DNA of 64,000 bases, taken from Candidatus Dormiibacterota bacterium (GTDB lineage Bacteria; Chloroflexota; Dormibacteria; Aeolococcales; Aeolococcaceae). Below the pieces are notes generated by a model. That model had not been told where the DNA came from, did not search any database, and saw only the letters and a list, made by a program, of their open reading frames with translations. The DNA is taken from contig CAVVVH010000004.1 of assembly GCA_963751755.1 (NCBI GenBank), positions 261,822-325,821 on the forward strand, in the 5' to 3' direction. How positions within the stretch are numbered: position 1 is the stretch's first letter; each line of letters begins with the position of its first letter. Positions 9,452 to 21,165 of the stretch are shown in pieces. The translations under genes and the position numbers were made by a program.

Positions 9452-10561
9452 TCAGGCCACCCGAAACCGCTGGGCGTCCGGTTCCTTGAGTGACAGGCCC
9501 ATGCCGGGCACGTCATCGGCGGGGCGCAGCGCGCCGCCCTCCGGCTCGATGACCCCATCGAACAGAAGGTGGTCGGCGCGCACATGGTCGTGGAAGTACT
9601 CGATGTGGCGCAGATCGGGCGGCACAGTGGCGGCGGCAAGGTGGATCGACGGCCCGCAGTGCGCGGAGAACGGGGTCTTGAACGCGGCGCTGGTGGCGGC
9701 GACACGCAGCCACTCGGTGATGCCGGCGCAGCGGCCGACATCCGCCTGCAGCACGTCGACAGAGCCCGCTCGCAGCATGTCGCGGAAGTACTCGAGGTGG
9801 TACCCGTATTCCCCCGCGGTGACGTCGAGGGGGAGCGCGGCGCGCAGCGCGGCCAGGCCCTCGAGGTCATCGGAGGTCACCGGCTCCTCGAACCAGGTCA
9901 CCCCGAGGTCCTCCGCGTACACGTGACCCAGCCGCAGCGCCTGCTTGCGGTCGTACGCACCATTGGCGTCGACGAACAGCTCCACGTCGTCCCCGATCGC
10001 GTTCCTGGCCGCGCGCACCCGACGCACGTCCTCGCGCCATGAGCGGCCGCGGTCCTTGCCAATCTTCATCTTGACGCGCGGTATGCCACGCTCGACCCAA
10101 CCAGAGAGCTGGGCGCACAACTCGTGCTCGCTGTAGCTCGTGAAGCCGCCGCTGCCGTAGATGGGCACCTCGGCTCGGACCGGGCCGAGCAGACGGTGCA
10201 ACGGCGAGTCGAGCGCGCGTGCCTTGGTGTCCCAGAGTGCGATGTCGAGGGCGGCGATGGCCATCGAAGCAATCCCCGGGCGGCCGAGGTTGCGGATGCG
10301 CCGCACCATCGCCTCCCAGCACTCACTGGTGTTGCGAACGTCCCTGCCGAGCACTGTGTCGACGAGCACGTCGCGCGCCAGAAGCCCGGTCGACGTGTCC
10401 GCGACGGCGTACGCGCAGCCGCGCACACCGTTGTGGAGAAGCGGCTGCACCACCACCAGCGAGGTGGCCTCCCACTCGAGGGTGCCGTCGGCCTCCGGCG
10501 CCTCGGTCGGGACGGTGTACACCCGCACGTCGATGGAGTCCACCAGGAACTCCTCGCTCAC
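9452..10561 (-). CDS. enolase-superfamily enzyme (mandelate racemase/muconate lactonizing enzyme family, probable sugar-acid dehydratase)
   Basis: Track ORF 9452..10762 trimmed to GTG 10561, which overlaps the upstream stop as GTGA. Typical MR/MLE layout with KMKIG, a FVDANGAY-type metal-ligand region and WFEEP. Confidence 0.85.
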   Translation of the reverse strand: MSEEFLVDSIDVRVYTVPTEAPEADGTLEWEATSLVVVQPLLHNGVRGCAYAVADTSTGLLARDVLVDTVLGRDVRNTSECWEAMVRRIRNLGRPGIASMAIAALDIALWDTKARALDSPLHRLLGPVRAEVPIYGSGGFTSYSEHELCAQLSGWVERGIPRVKMKIGKDRGRSWREDVRRVRAARNAIGDDVELFVDANGAYDRKQALRLGHVYAEDLGVTWFEEPVTSDDLEGLAALRAALPLDVTAGEYGYHLEYFRDMLRAGSVDVLQADVGRCAGITEWLRVAATSAAFKTPFSAHCGPSIHLAAATVPPDLRHIEYFHDHVRADHLLFDGVIEPEGGALRPADDVPGMGLSLKEPDAQRFRVA

Positions 10562-11533
10562 CGGCGGGCGTCCAGCGGTGCGATCCCCCAACTGCCCTCC
10601 ACGCTCTCTCCTGCGGCAAGCGTGATCAGACCGTCCCCGGACGCGAAGGCGTTGGGCGCGCAGGTCATCGGCTCCACGCCGATCGACCTGCGGCGCCTGT
10701 CCTTCTCGGGCAGCGTGTCGCCGGTGAACAGCATGTAGTACGGGAAGCGCTGGTCCATCCACAGCCCGACGCCGGAGTCACGTCGCTCGTTCCACAACCG
10801 CACCCAGGCCCGCCCGTCGCCGTCGCGATCGCTGCCGGTGAACGCGGTGTCGATCACCGCGCCGTCGATCTGGCGGGCGGTGCGGAAGTCGTACGGGGTG
10901 CCTGCGACGTCGGCTGCACCGACCGGGATGGCGCGCTCGTCGGACAGGAGGTAGCGGGTGCCCGGGGCCTCGAGCCAGCAGCTCTCGAACGGCTCGCCGT
11001 CGACGTGCAGGTAGGGGTGGGTGCCGAAACCGTAGGGGCAGGGGCGGTGGCCAACGTTGGTGGCGGTGGCGGTGCTGGTCAGGCCGTTGTCGTCGAGCCG
11101 GTACTCGACAGCCAGGTGGAGGGCGAAGGGGTAACCGGCGCGCGGGTGGAGCGTGTGCTCCATCACCACGTGGTCTCTCGGAACGCTCGGTGATGTGCCA
11201 GTGCTCCCAGCGGAGAAAGCCGTGTATGGCGTTGAGCTTCTCGGGCTCGGACAGGGGCACCTGGTGGTCCTGGCCGTCGAACTCGTAGCGGCCGTCGCGC
11301 AGCCGGTTCGGCCAGGGCACGAGCAGCTGGCCGCGTGCGCCGCTGCACATCTCGTCGCGGGCGTATCCGTCGACCAGGCTGCGGCCGTCGGCGCTGTACG
11401 CGCGAAGGCCGCCCGACACCTCCACGATGGTGGCGTGGTGCGGCCCATGGCGCAGGTCGACCTGCTCGCCAGACGGAGCCGGCATCGCTGCGGGCAACTC
11501 AGTGCCCTGGTTCACGGCCGCACCGCTCGCCAA
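10558..11533 (-). CDS. aldose 1-epimerase family protein, one frame switch as sequenced
   Basis: The N-terminal half is track ORF 10778..11533 and the C-terminal half is track ORF 10558..11448. The frames join near 11170-11190. ATG 11485 is an alternative start. Confidence 0.7.
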
Positions 11534-12492
11534 GCGCCCGACGCCACCGCAGCCGCGCCCACAGCGGCGCCGAGCACCGCCCCGCGATGTGTGGTCAGCC
11601 AGGTCTGCAGGCTCGTGGCCTTGGCCTGGTCATCGAACATGCCGTGCGTCGACGCCTCGGTCGGGACAGGGTCGAAGAGGTTGTCGGGCCGGTCGGTCAC
11701 CGGCATGCCGGCGATCTGCTGCGAGGTGAAACCGGTGCGCGCCAGGTAGCGGTCCGCGATCCCCGGCGCCAGTTTGTTGGCGACGATCACGGCTGCGGCG
11801 CTGCTGCCGCAGAACACCTCGCGGCGGCGATGATGTGCTGCCCACCAAACGGCTTCTGCAGGGACCTCGGGTTGATAGATGGGCGGTACCGGCTGGGGGT
11901 GGTTGGGCAGCTTGGTGCGGCACCAATTGAACTGTGGGGTGTTGACCGCCGGTAGCTGCACCATGGTGATCCACACGCGACTCCTGTTGTGGAGCAGCTC
12001 GGTGCGCACGCTGTCGGAGAAGCCGCGGATGGCGAACTTGGCGCCGCAGTACGCGGATTGCAGCGGGATGGCGCGGTACGCGAGTGCGGAGCCGACCTGT
12101 ACCACCGTGCCGTGGCCACGCGGAACCATGCGCCGCAGGGCTGCCATGGTGCCGTGCACGGTGCCCAGGTAGGTCACCTCGGTGGCGCGGCGGAACTCCT
12201 CAGCGGTCACGTCGAGAATCTCGGCGAACACGGTGGCCATGGCGTCGTTGACCCAGACGTCGATCGGCCCGAGCTCCTCCTCGACGCGGCGCGCGGCCTC
12301 CTCGACCGCGGCGGCATCGGCGACGTCGGTGGGCAGCACCAACGGCCGGCCGCCGAGCTGGCGGACCTCCTCGGCCGCGCCCTGCAAGCCCTCCTCGCCG
12401 CGCGCCAGCAGGGCAACGCCGGCGCCGCGCTTGGCGAAGGCGTGGGCCACGGCCCGGCCCACGCCCGCCGACGCACCCGTCACCACCACCAC
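11512..12492 (-). CDS. SDR family oxidoreductase with a C-terminal hydrophobic tail
   Basis: 326-aa intact ORF with VVVTGASAGVGRA cofactor motif, YCGAKFA (YxxxK), and a hydrophobic C-terminus. Confidence 0.85.
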   Translation of the reverse strand: MVVVTGASAGVGRAVAHAFAKRGAGVALLARGEEGLQGAAEEVRQLGGRPLVLPTDVADAAAVEEAARRVEEELGPIDVWVNDAMATVFAEILDVTAEEFRRATEVTYLGTVHGTMAALRRMVPRGHGTVVQVGSALAYRAIPLQSAYCGAKFAIRGFSDSVRTELLHNRSRVWITMVQLPAVNTPQFNWCRTKLPNHPQPVPPIYQPEVPAEAVWWAAHHRRREVFCGSSAAAVIVANKLAPGIADRYLARTGFTSQQIAGMPVTDRPDNLFDPVPTEASTHGMFDDQAKATSLQTWLTTHRGAVLGAAVGAAAVASGAWRAVRP

Positions 12493-12508
12493 CTCGTGCC
12501 CTGGCCCA

Positions 12509-14111
12509 TCAGCTCATCGCCCTCTCCCCGCTGCAGCGGTCTCTGGTTGCACATTCGTGCACGCCGGGATCCACCGCCCGGCTGGCCAGACGGTCGGCGA
12601 GGCGCGAGGCCAGCGCCATGATGGTCAGCGCCGGGTTGGCGCTTCCCTGGGTGGGGCAGACGCTCCCGTCGGCGATGAACAGGTTGGGCACAGCCCAGCT
12701 CTGGTGGTCCTTGGACACCACGCTGTTCTCCGGTCCCGTGCCCATCCGGCAGCCGCCGATGAGATGCGCGAAGCGCTGGATGCTGAGCACGTCCTGCGCG
12801 CCAGCGGCGAGCACGATCTCGCGGATCACACCGGCCGAGAACGCCATGTTGGCCTTGTCGTTGTCGCACAGGGTGTAGTCCATCCGCGCGATCGGCATCC
12901 CGTACTGGTCGCGCTCGTCGGCCAGGGTCACGCGGTTGTCCGGCTGGGCGAGCAACTCGTTGAGCACGCCGATGGTGGCCCAGTGGTTGTAGTCGCGCAT
13001 GTACTCGCGCAGCGCGCGTCCCCAGTGGCCCTCGGCCATGACGTGCTCGGCCCAGCCGATGGGCAGCGGCGACACCGTCTGGATGCTGAACCCGCGCGCG
13101 AAACCGCGCGCCTCATCGGTCTCGTAGAAGACCTCCGAGGACACCTCCGGCGGCGGCGCCTTGTACATGCGCACCTCGTCCGGGAAGCGGCCCGCGGTCT
13201 GGGTGGCGCCCTGCACCATGACGTAGCGGCCAACCTGGTCCTCGTTGTTGCCCAGCCCGTTGGGGAAGGCACGCGAGGTCGAGTTGAGCAGCAGGCGGGG
13301 GGTCTCGATCGAGTACCCACACACCGCCACCACCCGTGCGCAGCTGCAGACGTTCAACGCCGTCGCGTTCGCTGACGTAGACCACGCCACGCGCCATCCC
13401 AATGGTCTCGTCGACCTCGACGCGCACCGCCATGCTGTCGGCGCGCACCTCGACGCCGTGCGCGAGCGCGTCGGGAAGGTGGGTCACGTACGGGCTGGCC
13501 TTGGCGTTCACCTTGCAGCCCTGCAGGCAGAAGCCGCGGTAGATGCAGTGCGGGCGATTGCCGAACGTGCCGTTGACGATGGCGACCGGGCCGACGCGCA
13601 TCTCGATGCCACAGGCCAGCGCGCCCTTCCACATGAGCGCGGCCGAGCCGCTGATCGGATGCGCCGAGAAGGGGTACGCGTGTGGGTCGCCCCACGGCCA
13701 GTCCTGTCCCGCCACCGGGAGCTCGCGCTCGACCAGCGCGTAGTGGTCGCGCAGCTCCGCATAGGCGATGGGCCAGTCGGCGCCCACCCCATCCCTGCGC
13801 CTGGTCTCGAAGTCGGAGGGGTGGAACCGCGGCGTGTAGCCGGCGTAGTGGACCATCGAACCACCCACGCCGCGACCGCTGTTGTTCTTGCCGAGCTCGA
13901 TGGGGTCGTCTCCGCCGATGATCCGCTTCTGCGTCCAGTACAGCTGGTGCGAGCCGGCCTCGTCGCTGACCCAGTCCTCGTCGGGGTGCCAGAACGGGCC
14001 CGCCTCGAGGATCACCACCCGCCAGCCGTGCCGGGCCAGCCGCTGGGCCAGCACCGAGCCGCCGGCGCCGGCGCCGACGATGCAGAGGTCGACGACGGTC
14101 GTCGTCGGCAT
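12509..14111 (-). CDS. GMC family oxidoreductase (FAD flavoprotein subunit), one frame switch as sequenced
   Basis: The N-terminus MPTTTVVDLCIVGAGAGGSVLA (GxGxxG) lies inside track ORF 13113..15506. The C-terminal 297 aa are track ORF 12509..13402. The frames join near 13370, and the span of 1603 nt (3n+1) fits one indel. Confidence 0.8.
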
Positions 14112-14221
14112 AGCGGCGCATGGTGTCCTCGCCGGGAAGGTCACGGCGATCGACGTCGCAGCAGGAACCGTGAGTCGTTGCGCGGGCGGCCCGACCGAGC
14201 CCTTGAGCAGCCCGGTGAGCA

Positions 14222-14861
14222 TCAGCGCTCCTCGCGCGCGAACGTGACCGGGTCTTCGTCGGTGGCGCCGCGCTTCTCGTAGTGCTCGCGAACCGAGAGC
14301 GGGCCCAGGCGCATGTAGCCACGCGGGTATGCCGGGCCGCCGAAGCCGATCTCGTTCCAGGCCCATGGATGGGAGTAGAAGGCACCCAGCACGTAGCGCA
14401 TGCACACCGAGAACGCGCGCTTCACGTCGACGGCCTCCCAGCTGTCGCCCTGCAACGTCCCTTCCGCAGCAGCTGTCCGACGAGCGCCTCTCGCGGGCCT
14501 CGTCGTCCAGGGCGCTGAAGGCCGCCGCGCCGTAGCGTGGCTCGCGCCGTCTCGTCGAGCCCGCGCAGCACGATGTGCCAGGTGTCGCGGTCGTCGGGCA
14601 TGCCGGCGTACTGGTAGCCGTCCAGCCGTCCCGGCGTGCAGCGCCTCGTCGACCATCTCCGCCACCGGGACGCGCGGCTCGCCGTCCTGCCCGGTGACGA
14701 CGTCGCAGAAGCTCCGCAGCGTGGCTCTGCTCGGCGGGCGCGAAGAAGGTCAGCCCGCGGCGGCCGACTGGCCATGCGCTCGTCGATGACCTTCGCGGTG
14801 GCGGCGTCCCAGGTGTGGTGCGGCGTCGAAGACGTCGTAGTCCGGGATAGCGGCCGATCAT
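14222..14861 (-). CDS. gluconate 2-dehydrogenase subunit 3-like small subunit, multiple frame switches
   Basis: The C-terminal WEAVDVKRAFSVCMRYVLGAFYSHPWAWNEIGFGGPAYPRGY is characteristic of the small partner of GMC dehydrogenases. The upstream part (YPDYDVFDA...WDAATAKVIDERM...FFAPAEQ...GRLDGYQYAGMPDDRDTWHIVLRGLDE) is only readable by hopping between three frames. The start is uncertain. Confidence 0.6.
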
Positions 14862-14968
14862 CTGCGGGCGTGGTGCCGCGGCGCTGTCGCGGCAGCCAGG
14901 ACTTGTCGGGCGGCTGCCGGTCCGGGCGGAGATTGGGAAGGTGGTGCGGCGGAGGTGAGGTCCGGCAC

Positions 14969-15440
14969 TCACCGTTCCCTGCGCAGCAGGGCGGCGAGCA
15001 GGCCCATGCCGCCGACGATGGTCATCAGCCCGGGCGCCATGATCGGTGGTCCCGTCGGCACGTTGTACGAGGCCATCCGCCAGCCACCCGGCTTTCGGGC
15101 GACGCCGCGCGCGTGGTAGTACTCGCCGAGCACGCCGTTGAGGGTGTAGATGCCCGCAGTCAGCGGCAGCCAGGTCTTCGCCCACCGGCGGCTGAACACG
15201 CCGCCGATGCCGGCCACCACGACGGGCGGGGTGACGATGATCGGGCTCCACATCATCTTGTTGCCGAAGCTCGCCTTGTAGTGCTCGAAGTAGATCTCGG
15301 CGGTGGTGACCAGCCGCACCGAAGGCGGTGAGCGCCGACAGCGAACGCTCGAAGCGGCCGTGCTCGATGTTGCGCACCAGGTGATCGATGAGGTGCTCGC
15401 TCTGCACGGCTGTGCGCGGCTCTGCTTGAGCAGTGCGCAT
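14969..15440 (-). CDS. small integral membrane protein of unknown function, one frame switch
   Basis: The start MRTAQAEP...IEHGRFERSLSALTAFG lies in the frame of ORF 13113..15506 and continues in track ORF 14969..15319 with several hydrophobic segments. It sits between the TPP enzyme and the dehydrogenase subunits. Confidence 0.5.
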
Positions 15441-15441
15441 C

Positions 15442-17239
15442 TCAGCGACCCGGCATGAACTCGTCGACCTTCTCGCGCATCGCGTTGACGACGCCGGGAA
15501 GGCCACCCGACGGGTCAGCGAGGAACGAGCGGGCGAACTCCTCGGCCTGCTTGAAGGTGATGTGCGGCGGCAGCGGCGGCTCCTCGGGGTCGGTCATGGC
15601 GTCGATGACGAACGGTCGGTCGGCTGCGAACGCCTGCTTGACGGCGTCCTCGATCTGCGCGGAACGATCGACCTTGACCGCTGCCCAAGCCGATCAGCCG
15701 GGCGTACTCGTGGAACGGCATGTAGGGGATGCGCTGCGAGGCGTCGAACCTCGGGTCGCCCTCCATGACGCGCTGCTCCCAGGTGACCTGGTTGAGGTCC
15801 TCGTTGTTGAGCACGAGCACCACCATGCGCGGGTCCGCCCAGGTCTTGTAGTACTTGGCCGCGGTGAGCAGTTCGGCCATGCCCCCCATCTGCATGGCGC
15901 CGTCACCGATGGTGGCCACGGCGACGCGGTCGGGGTAGGCGAACTTGGCGGCGATGGCGTACGGCACGCCCGGCACCATCGTGGCCAGGTTGCCGGAGAG
16001 CGACGCCTTCATGCCGCGGCGGATGCGCACGTGGCGCGCGAACCAGTTCGCCGCGGAGCCGGAGTCGCTGCTGATGATGGCGTTGTCGGGAAGCTGGCGC
16101 GAGAGGGCCGCGAACAGCGCCTGGGGACGGATGCGGCCGCCCTCGCGGTCCTCCGGTTGGGCGCGGTCGTCCATCAGCCGCCACCAGTCGGCGACGTTCT
16201 TGACGATCGCTCTCCTGGAAGGAGCGGTCCTGGTTGCGGCGCAGCAGCGGCAGCAGCTGCCTTGAGCGTGGCCCGGCTGTCGCCGAGGAGGTTGACCTCC
16301 ATCGGGTAGCGGAGGCTCAGCATTCGCGCAGAGCGGTCCACCTGCACACCGCGCGCCTGCCCGATCGGGGGCAGGAAGTTGGCGTAGGGAAAGGCGGTTC
16401 CCACCATGAGCAGGGTGTCGGCGTCCTGCATCATGTCCCAGCTCGGCTTGGTTCCGAGCAGGCCGATCGAGTTGGTGCAGTAGGGCACGTCATCGGGCAC
16501 CGCGGCCTTGCCGAGCAGCGCCTTGGCGATCCCGGCGCCGAGCGTGTCGGCGACGGCGAGCACCTCGTCGGTGGCGTCGAGCGCACCGGCGCCGACGAGC
16601 ATGGCCACCTTCTTGCCGGCGTTCAGCACCTCGGCCGCCCTGTGCAGGTCCTCCTCGGCGGGCAGCCCGCGATCGCGGACGAACCCGACGCCGGTGTGCA
16701 CCGACTTGATCGACTGCGGCTGCGCGGCGGCCTTCATGTCCTGGACGTCGGCGGGGATGATCACCGCGGTGACGGTGCGCTCCGCGGCAGCGATGCGCAG
16801 GGCGCGGTCGATGCAGTGGTGCAAGCGCCGACGGCACGTTGACCTGCTGCACGTACGCGGCGGCGACGTCCTTGTACAGGCTGAGCAGGTCGACCTCCTG
16901 CTGCTGGTCCCCGCCGATGACGTTGGCGTTGGTCTGGCCGACGATGGCCACCACGGGCTGGTGGTCGAGCTTGGCGTCGTACAGGCCGTTGAGCAGGTGG
17001 ATGGCGCCGGGCCCGGACGTGGCCATGCAGACGCCGACCTCGCCGGTGAACTTGGCGTGCGCGCACGCCATGAAGGCGGCCATCTCCTCGTGACGGACCT
17101 GGATCAGCTGCGGCTTGTCGTCGCTCCTCCCGAGCGCGCCGAGGATGCCGTTGATGCCGTCGCCGGGGAACCCGTAGACGCGCGTGATGCCCCACTCCTG
17201 CAGCCGTGCCACGAGGTCGTCGCCGACCGTCTCCGCCAT
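15442..17239 (-). CDS. thiamine pyrophosphate-requiring enzyme (pyruvate oxidase/acetolactate synthase-like), at least 3 frame switches
   Basis: The N-terminal Pyr domain (MAETVGDDLVARLQEWGITRVYGFPGDGINGIL...) is in ORF 16490..17443 and the middle domain in ORF 16174..16824. The TPP-binding GDGAMQM...NNEDLN region is in ORF 15515..16174. The last 85 aa are in a further frame ending at TGA 15442. Confidence 0.8.
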
Positions 17240-17457
17240 CTCGGCCTCCTTCTGTGCTGCCTTGTCCATCATCCCCCGGCCGTACCACCGCTGGCTGAGG
17301 CTCGGCGCCGGGGAGCGGGTGACCGGCCGCCCGCCGCGGGACTTCTCCGGGGGTCGTACGACCATCGAGCGGGGCTGACGCGGCGCCGGTCTCGCCGAGC
17401 ATGTGTGGCGTGACCCCGCGATCGGCGCACGCGCCCGTGGCAAGCGGCTAGGCTGCG

Positions 17458-18857
17458 ATGGCCATGACCGTGCTCGACGAGGGAGCCGCCGGCAGCCCCG
17501 CCGGTGCCGAGCGTGAACGGCGCAGCCGGCGGCGCAGCGGCGTGCTGCGCTCGCTGCTCCGCAACGAGGTCGTCCGCTTCGCCGCCGGCGGCCTGCTCGC
17601 CGCCCTGCTGGTCGGCGCGGGCACGTTCTTCGTGGTGACGCGCGACGCCGAGACGCAGGCGATCCAGCACGCCAAGGACATCACCCAGGTGGAGGCGACA
17701 GGCATCGTCCAGCCGGCGCTCAGCGACTCCCTGCTCCATCGCGACCCCGCCGCCATCGGTGCCCTCGACGTCATCGTGCGCCAGCGCATCCTCAGCCGCG
17801 ACGTCGTGCGGGTGAAGCTGTGGACGTCGAACGGCACCATCATCTACTCCGACGAGAACCGGCTCATCGGGCGGCAGCTTCACGCTCGACAGCCGGCGAG
17901 CAGGCGATCTTCGCACGGCGGCGCCATCGACGCCGGCGTGTCCGAACCTCACCGACGCCGAGAACCAGTACGAGCGCAGCTTCGGCAAGCTGCTCCAGGT
18001 GTACCTGCCGGTGCACACCCCGGGCGGCACGCCCGCTGCTCTTCGAGACCTACCAGCGCTACCAGGCGATCACCCAGTACCAGCAATCGGTGTGGGAGTC
18101 GTTCCTGCCGGTGCTGCTCGGTCGGCCTGGCCCTCCTGTTGGTCGTGCAGATCCCGCTGGCGGTGGGCATGGCACGGCGCCTGCGCGCCTCGCTGGCCGA
18201 GCGCCAGGTGCTGCTCGAGCGCGTCATCAACGCCTCGGAGCAAGAGCGGCGGCGCATCGCCCGCGATCTCCACGACGGTGTCGTGCAGCGGCTGGCGGCG
18301 GTGACCTTCTCGCTCAGCGCCCTGGCGCGACGTCTGACGTCCAACGGCACCAACGCGCCGGCGTCGAACGTCCCCGACGTCGAGCACGCCGCCGGCGAGA
18401 CGCGCGCGGCGATGCGCGACCTGCGCACGCTCATCGTCGAGATCGCGCCGCCCAACCTCCACGCCGAGGGCATCGACAACGCGCTCCGCGACCTGCTCGA
18501 GCCGCTGGCGGGCGACGGCGTCGCCATCAGGCTCGACGCGCCGAGACGGCACCGCGCTGTCGGCGGCCACGACCACGCTGCTGTTCCGCGTGGCCCAGGA
18601 GGCGCTGCGCAACGCCGGCAAGCACGCCGACGCCACGCACGTCGAGGTGCGACTGCACAACCGTCGGCGACCACGTGCGCCTGGAGATCGACGACGACGG
18701 CCGGGGCTTCAGCGCCGACGACCTGGAGAGCCGGCGCCGCGACGGCCACGTGGGTCTCAGCCTGCTCCGCGACCTCGTCGCCGACGCGGGCGGTTCGCTG
18801 CACGTGGAATCCACGCCCGGCAAGGGGACGAGCGTCGCCGTCGAGGTGCCCTGCTGA
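17458..18857 (+). CDS. sensor histidine kinase, NarL-partner type (HisKA_3 + HATPase_c), at least 5 frame switches
   Basis: TM segment near the N-terminus, H-box EQERRRIARDLHDGVVQRL, N-box EALRNAGKHA, and G-boxes DDDGRGF and GKGTSV. The pieces lie in ORFs 17458..18987, 17999..18304, 17820..18857 and 18590..19105. Confidence 0.8.
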
Positions 18858-19488
18858 TGGCCGGCGCGCATCCGCCTGCTCATCGTCGACGACCACCCGC
18901 TGGTGCGGCGCGGCCTCGGCGAGCTCTTCGGCGAGGAGCCCGACATCGAGGTGGTCGACGCCGTCGGCGACGGCGAGCAGGCGGTGAGCATGGCGCTCGC
19001 CGAGCAGCCCGACGTCGTGCTCATGGACATCTCGATGCCGGGCATGGACGGCATCGAGGCGACACGCCGCCTGCTGGCGCGTCCGCCCCGACGCGCGGGT
19101 GGTGATGCTCACGTCGTTCGCCGACCACGAACGCGTCATGGAGGCGCTCGACAGCGGCGCCGTGGGCTACATCCTCAAGGACGCGGAGAGCGACGAGCTT
19201 GTCCGGGCGGTGCGCGCCGCGGCGGCCGGCGACTCGCCGCTCTCGCCGCGGGCGGCGCGCGCGCTGATCACGGCACGCCGGGGACGGCGACCGTTCGAGG
19301 AGCTGACCGGTCGCGAGCTCGACGTGCTCAAGCTGGTGGCGCGCGGCCTCAGCAACAAGCAGATCGCCTGGCGACTGGCGATCAGCGAGAAGACGGTCAA
19401 GGCGCACATGACCAGCATCTTCGGTCGCATCGGCGTCGCCGACCGCACCCAGGCGGCGCTGTGGGCGCAGCGCCACGGCGTGGTCTGA
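18857..19488 (+). CDS. NarL/LuxR-family response regulator, 2 frame switches
   Basis: ATG 18857 overlaps the kinase stop (TGATG). The receiver domain (RIRLLIVDDHPLVRRGL...VVLMDISMPGMDG) is in ORF 18903..19499 and the LuxR HTH (ELTGRELDVLKLVARGLSNKQIA) is in ORF 19099..19488. Confidence 0.85.
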
Positions 19489-19568
19489 GCGCGTCTTAAG
19501 ACGTTCGGACGTTGGCGTCGAGGACCGGCTGGCCGCAGCCTTGTGGCACATCACCCGGAGGGACAGTC

Positions 19569-20124
19569 ATGAACCACCTCACCATCGCCCGCCGGCTCGC
19601 CGCGGGCGCCACCCTGCTCGCCATCGCCGGCTGCGGGGGCGCGGCCGCCGGCAACACCGGCGTCGAGCGCCGGCGGCACGCACCACGCAGCCGCCGGCTT
19701 CGAGCGCCACCATCACCGCCGCCGCGGTCACCGGCCACGGGAGCGTGCTCGTCGGCGGCTCCAACGGCATGACGCTGTACATGTTCGACATGGACGCCGC
19801 CGGGCAGCAACACCAGCGCGTGCACCGGTGGCTGCATCAGCACCTGGCCGCCGCTGACGGTGCCTGCGGGAACCACTCCCACGGCGGCGTCGGGGATCTC
19901 CGGTCAGCTCGGCACGTTCACCCGCTCCGATGGGAAGGGCACCCAGGTGACGTACAACGGCCACCCGCTCCACTTCTACTCCGGCGACACCAAGCCGGGC
20001 GACGCCAACGGCAACTACCCGCATTGGTCGAGCATTCCCGCCACGACGGGTGGCGCGGGCTCGGCACCCACGTCCGCGCCGGCGGCCACCAGCGCCGGCG
20101 GCGACCAACCCGTACGGCTACTGA
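19569..20124 (+). CDS. lipoprotein with Yx(FWY)xxD-type secreted repeats (COG4315/PF03640-like), about 3 frame switches
   Basis: GGAGGG RBS and lipobox LAIAGC. Two repeats (GMTLYMFDMD...C.GGC...WPP and GHPLHFYSGD) are spread over ORFs 19512, 19541 and 19860. A probable true stop TGA 20122-20124 follows ...NPYGY. Confidence 0.65.
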
Positions 20125-20138
20125 CCTCGGGACGGCCC

Positions 20139-21165
20139 TCAGATCACCCCCTGGGTGATCGCCGACTCGATCCACGGCACCACCTCGCCGAGCATGTCGT
20201 CGAGCGAGGTGGTCGCCGTGAAGCCCAGGACGCTGCGCCGCCTTGCGGGTGTCGGGGATGCGGCGCTGCACGTCGTGCTCGAACGGTGTGTCCGACACGT
20301 AGCGGAAGGGTTCGTCGTCGCCGCGGATGCGGTGCCAGATCTTCTCGGCGAGCTCGAGGACGGTCGTGCTCTCGGCGGTCGAGAGGTTGAAGTCCTCGTT
20401 GAGCGCGTCGGGGTGCTCCATGGCGGTGACGATGCCCCGCGCGAGGTCACCGCCATACGTGTAGTGCCGCGTCTGCTCGCCGCTGCCGAGGATGTGCAGC
20501 GGGTCCTGGCCCTTGAGCACCTTCTGCACCAGGTCCGGGACCACGTGGCTCATGGCCAGCTTGACGTTGCCGCTGAGGATCTCGACGTCGCCGAGCGCGC
20601 GGCCCTCGCCGATGCCCACGCAGTTGAACGGGCGCACGATGGTGTAGGGGAGCTTGTACTGGTCCCACGCCGCCCGCGCGTAGTACTCGACCGCCAGCTT
20701 CTGGAACCCGTACGAGCTGAGCGGTGGCGGGATCTCCCGCTCCGAGCCCTCCGTCGACGGCCATGCCGTCGCCGACTCGAACACCATCGAGCTGCTGATG
20801 TACGTCACCTTCTGCAGCTTGCCGTCGCGGTGCGCGGCGATCGCCGCGTCGCAGGACGCGGCCATGATCCGCTCGTTGGTGGCGAGCAGGTCGTACGCGT
20901 AGGTGTGGAAGTAGGAGATCCCGCCGATCATCGCGGCGCCGGCGATGAAGTGGTCGCAGGTGCTCAGCAGCGAGGAGAGCAGCTCGACGTCGCGCGCGTC
21001 GCCCTCGACGAACGTGTAGTCGGGATGGCTGTCGTACGACTTGGCCACGCGCCCGTACTTGGAGAGGTTGTCGACGCCGACGACGGTGTGGCCGCGGCGC
21101 AGCAGCTCCTCGACGATGTAGCCGCCGATGAATCCCTGCGAACCGGTGATCAGAACCTTGCTCAT
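20139..21165 (-). CDS. NAD-dependent epimerase/dehydratase family protein, one frame switch near the 3' end
   Basis: MSKVLITGSQGFIGGYIV (GxxGxxG) and SSYGFQKLAVE (YxxxK). The last 35 aa (VLGFTATTSLDDMLGEVVPWIESAITQGVI) are in ORF 20139..20456, and the frames join near 20235. Confidence 0.85.

Noticed and set aside
13113-15506. 797-aa ORF spanning the GMC oxidoreductase, the small subunit and the membrane protein
   Set aside because: Only segments of it are real coding sequence (the GMC N-terminus and part of the membrane protein). The rest is R/P/A-rich out-of-frame translation that stays open because stop codons are rare at this GC content.
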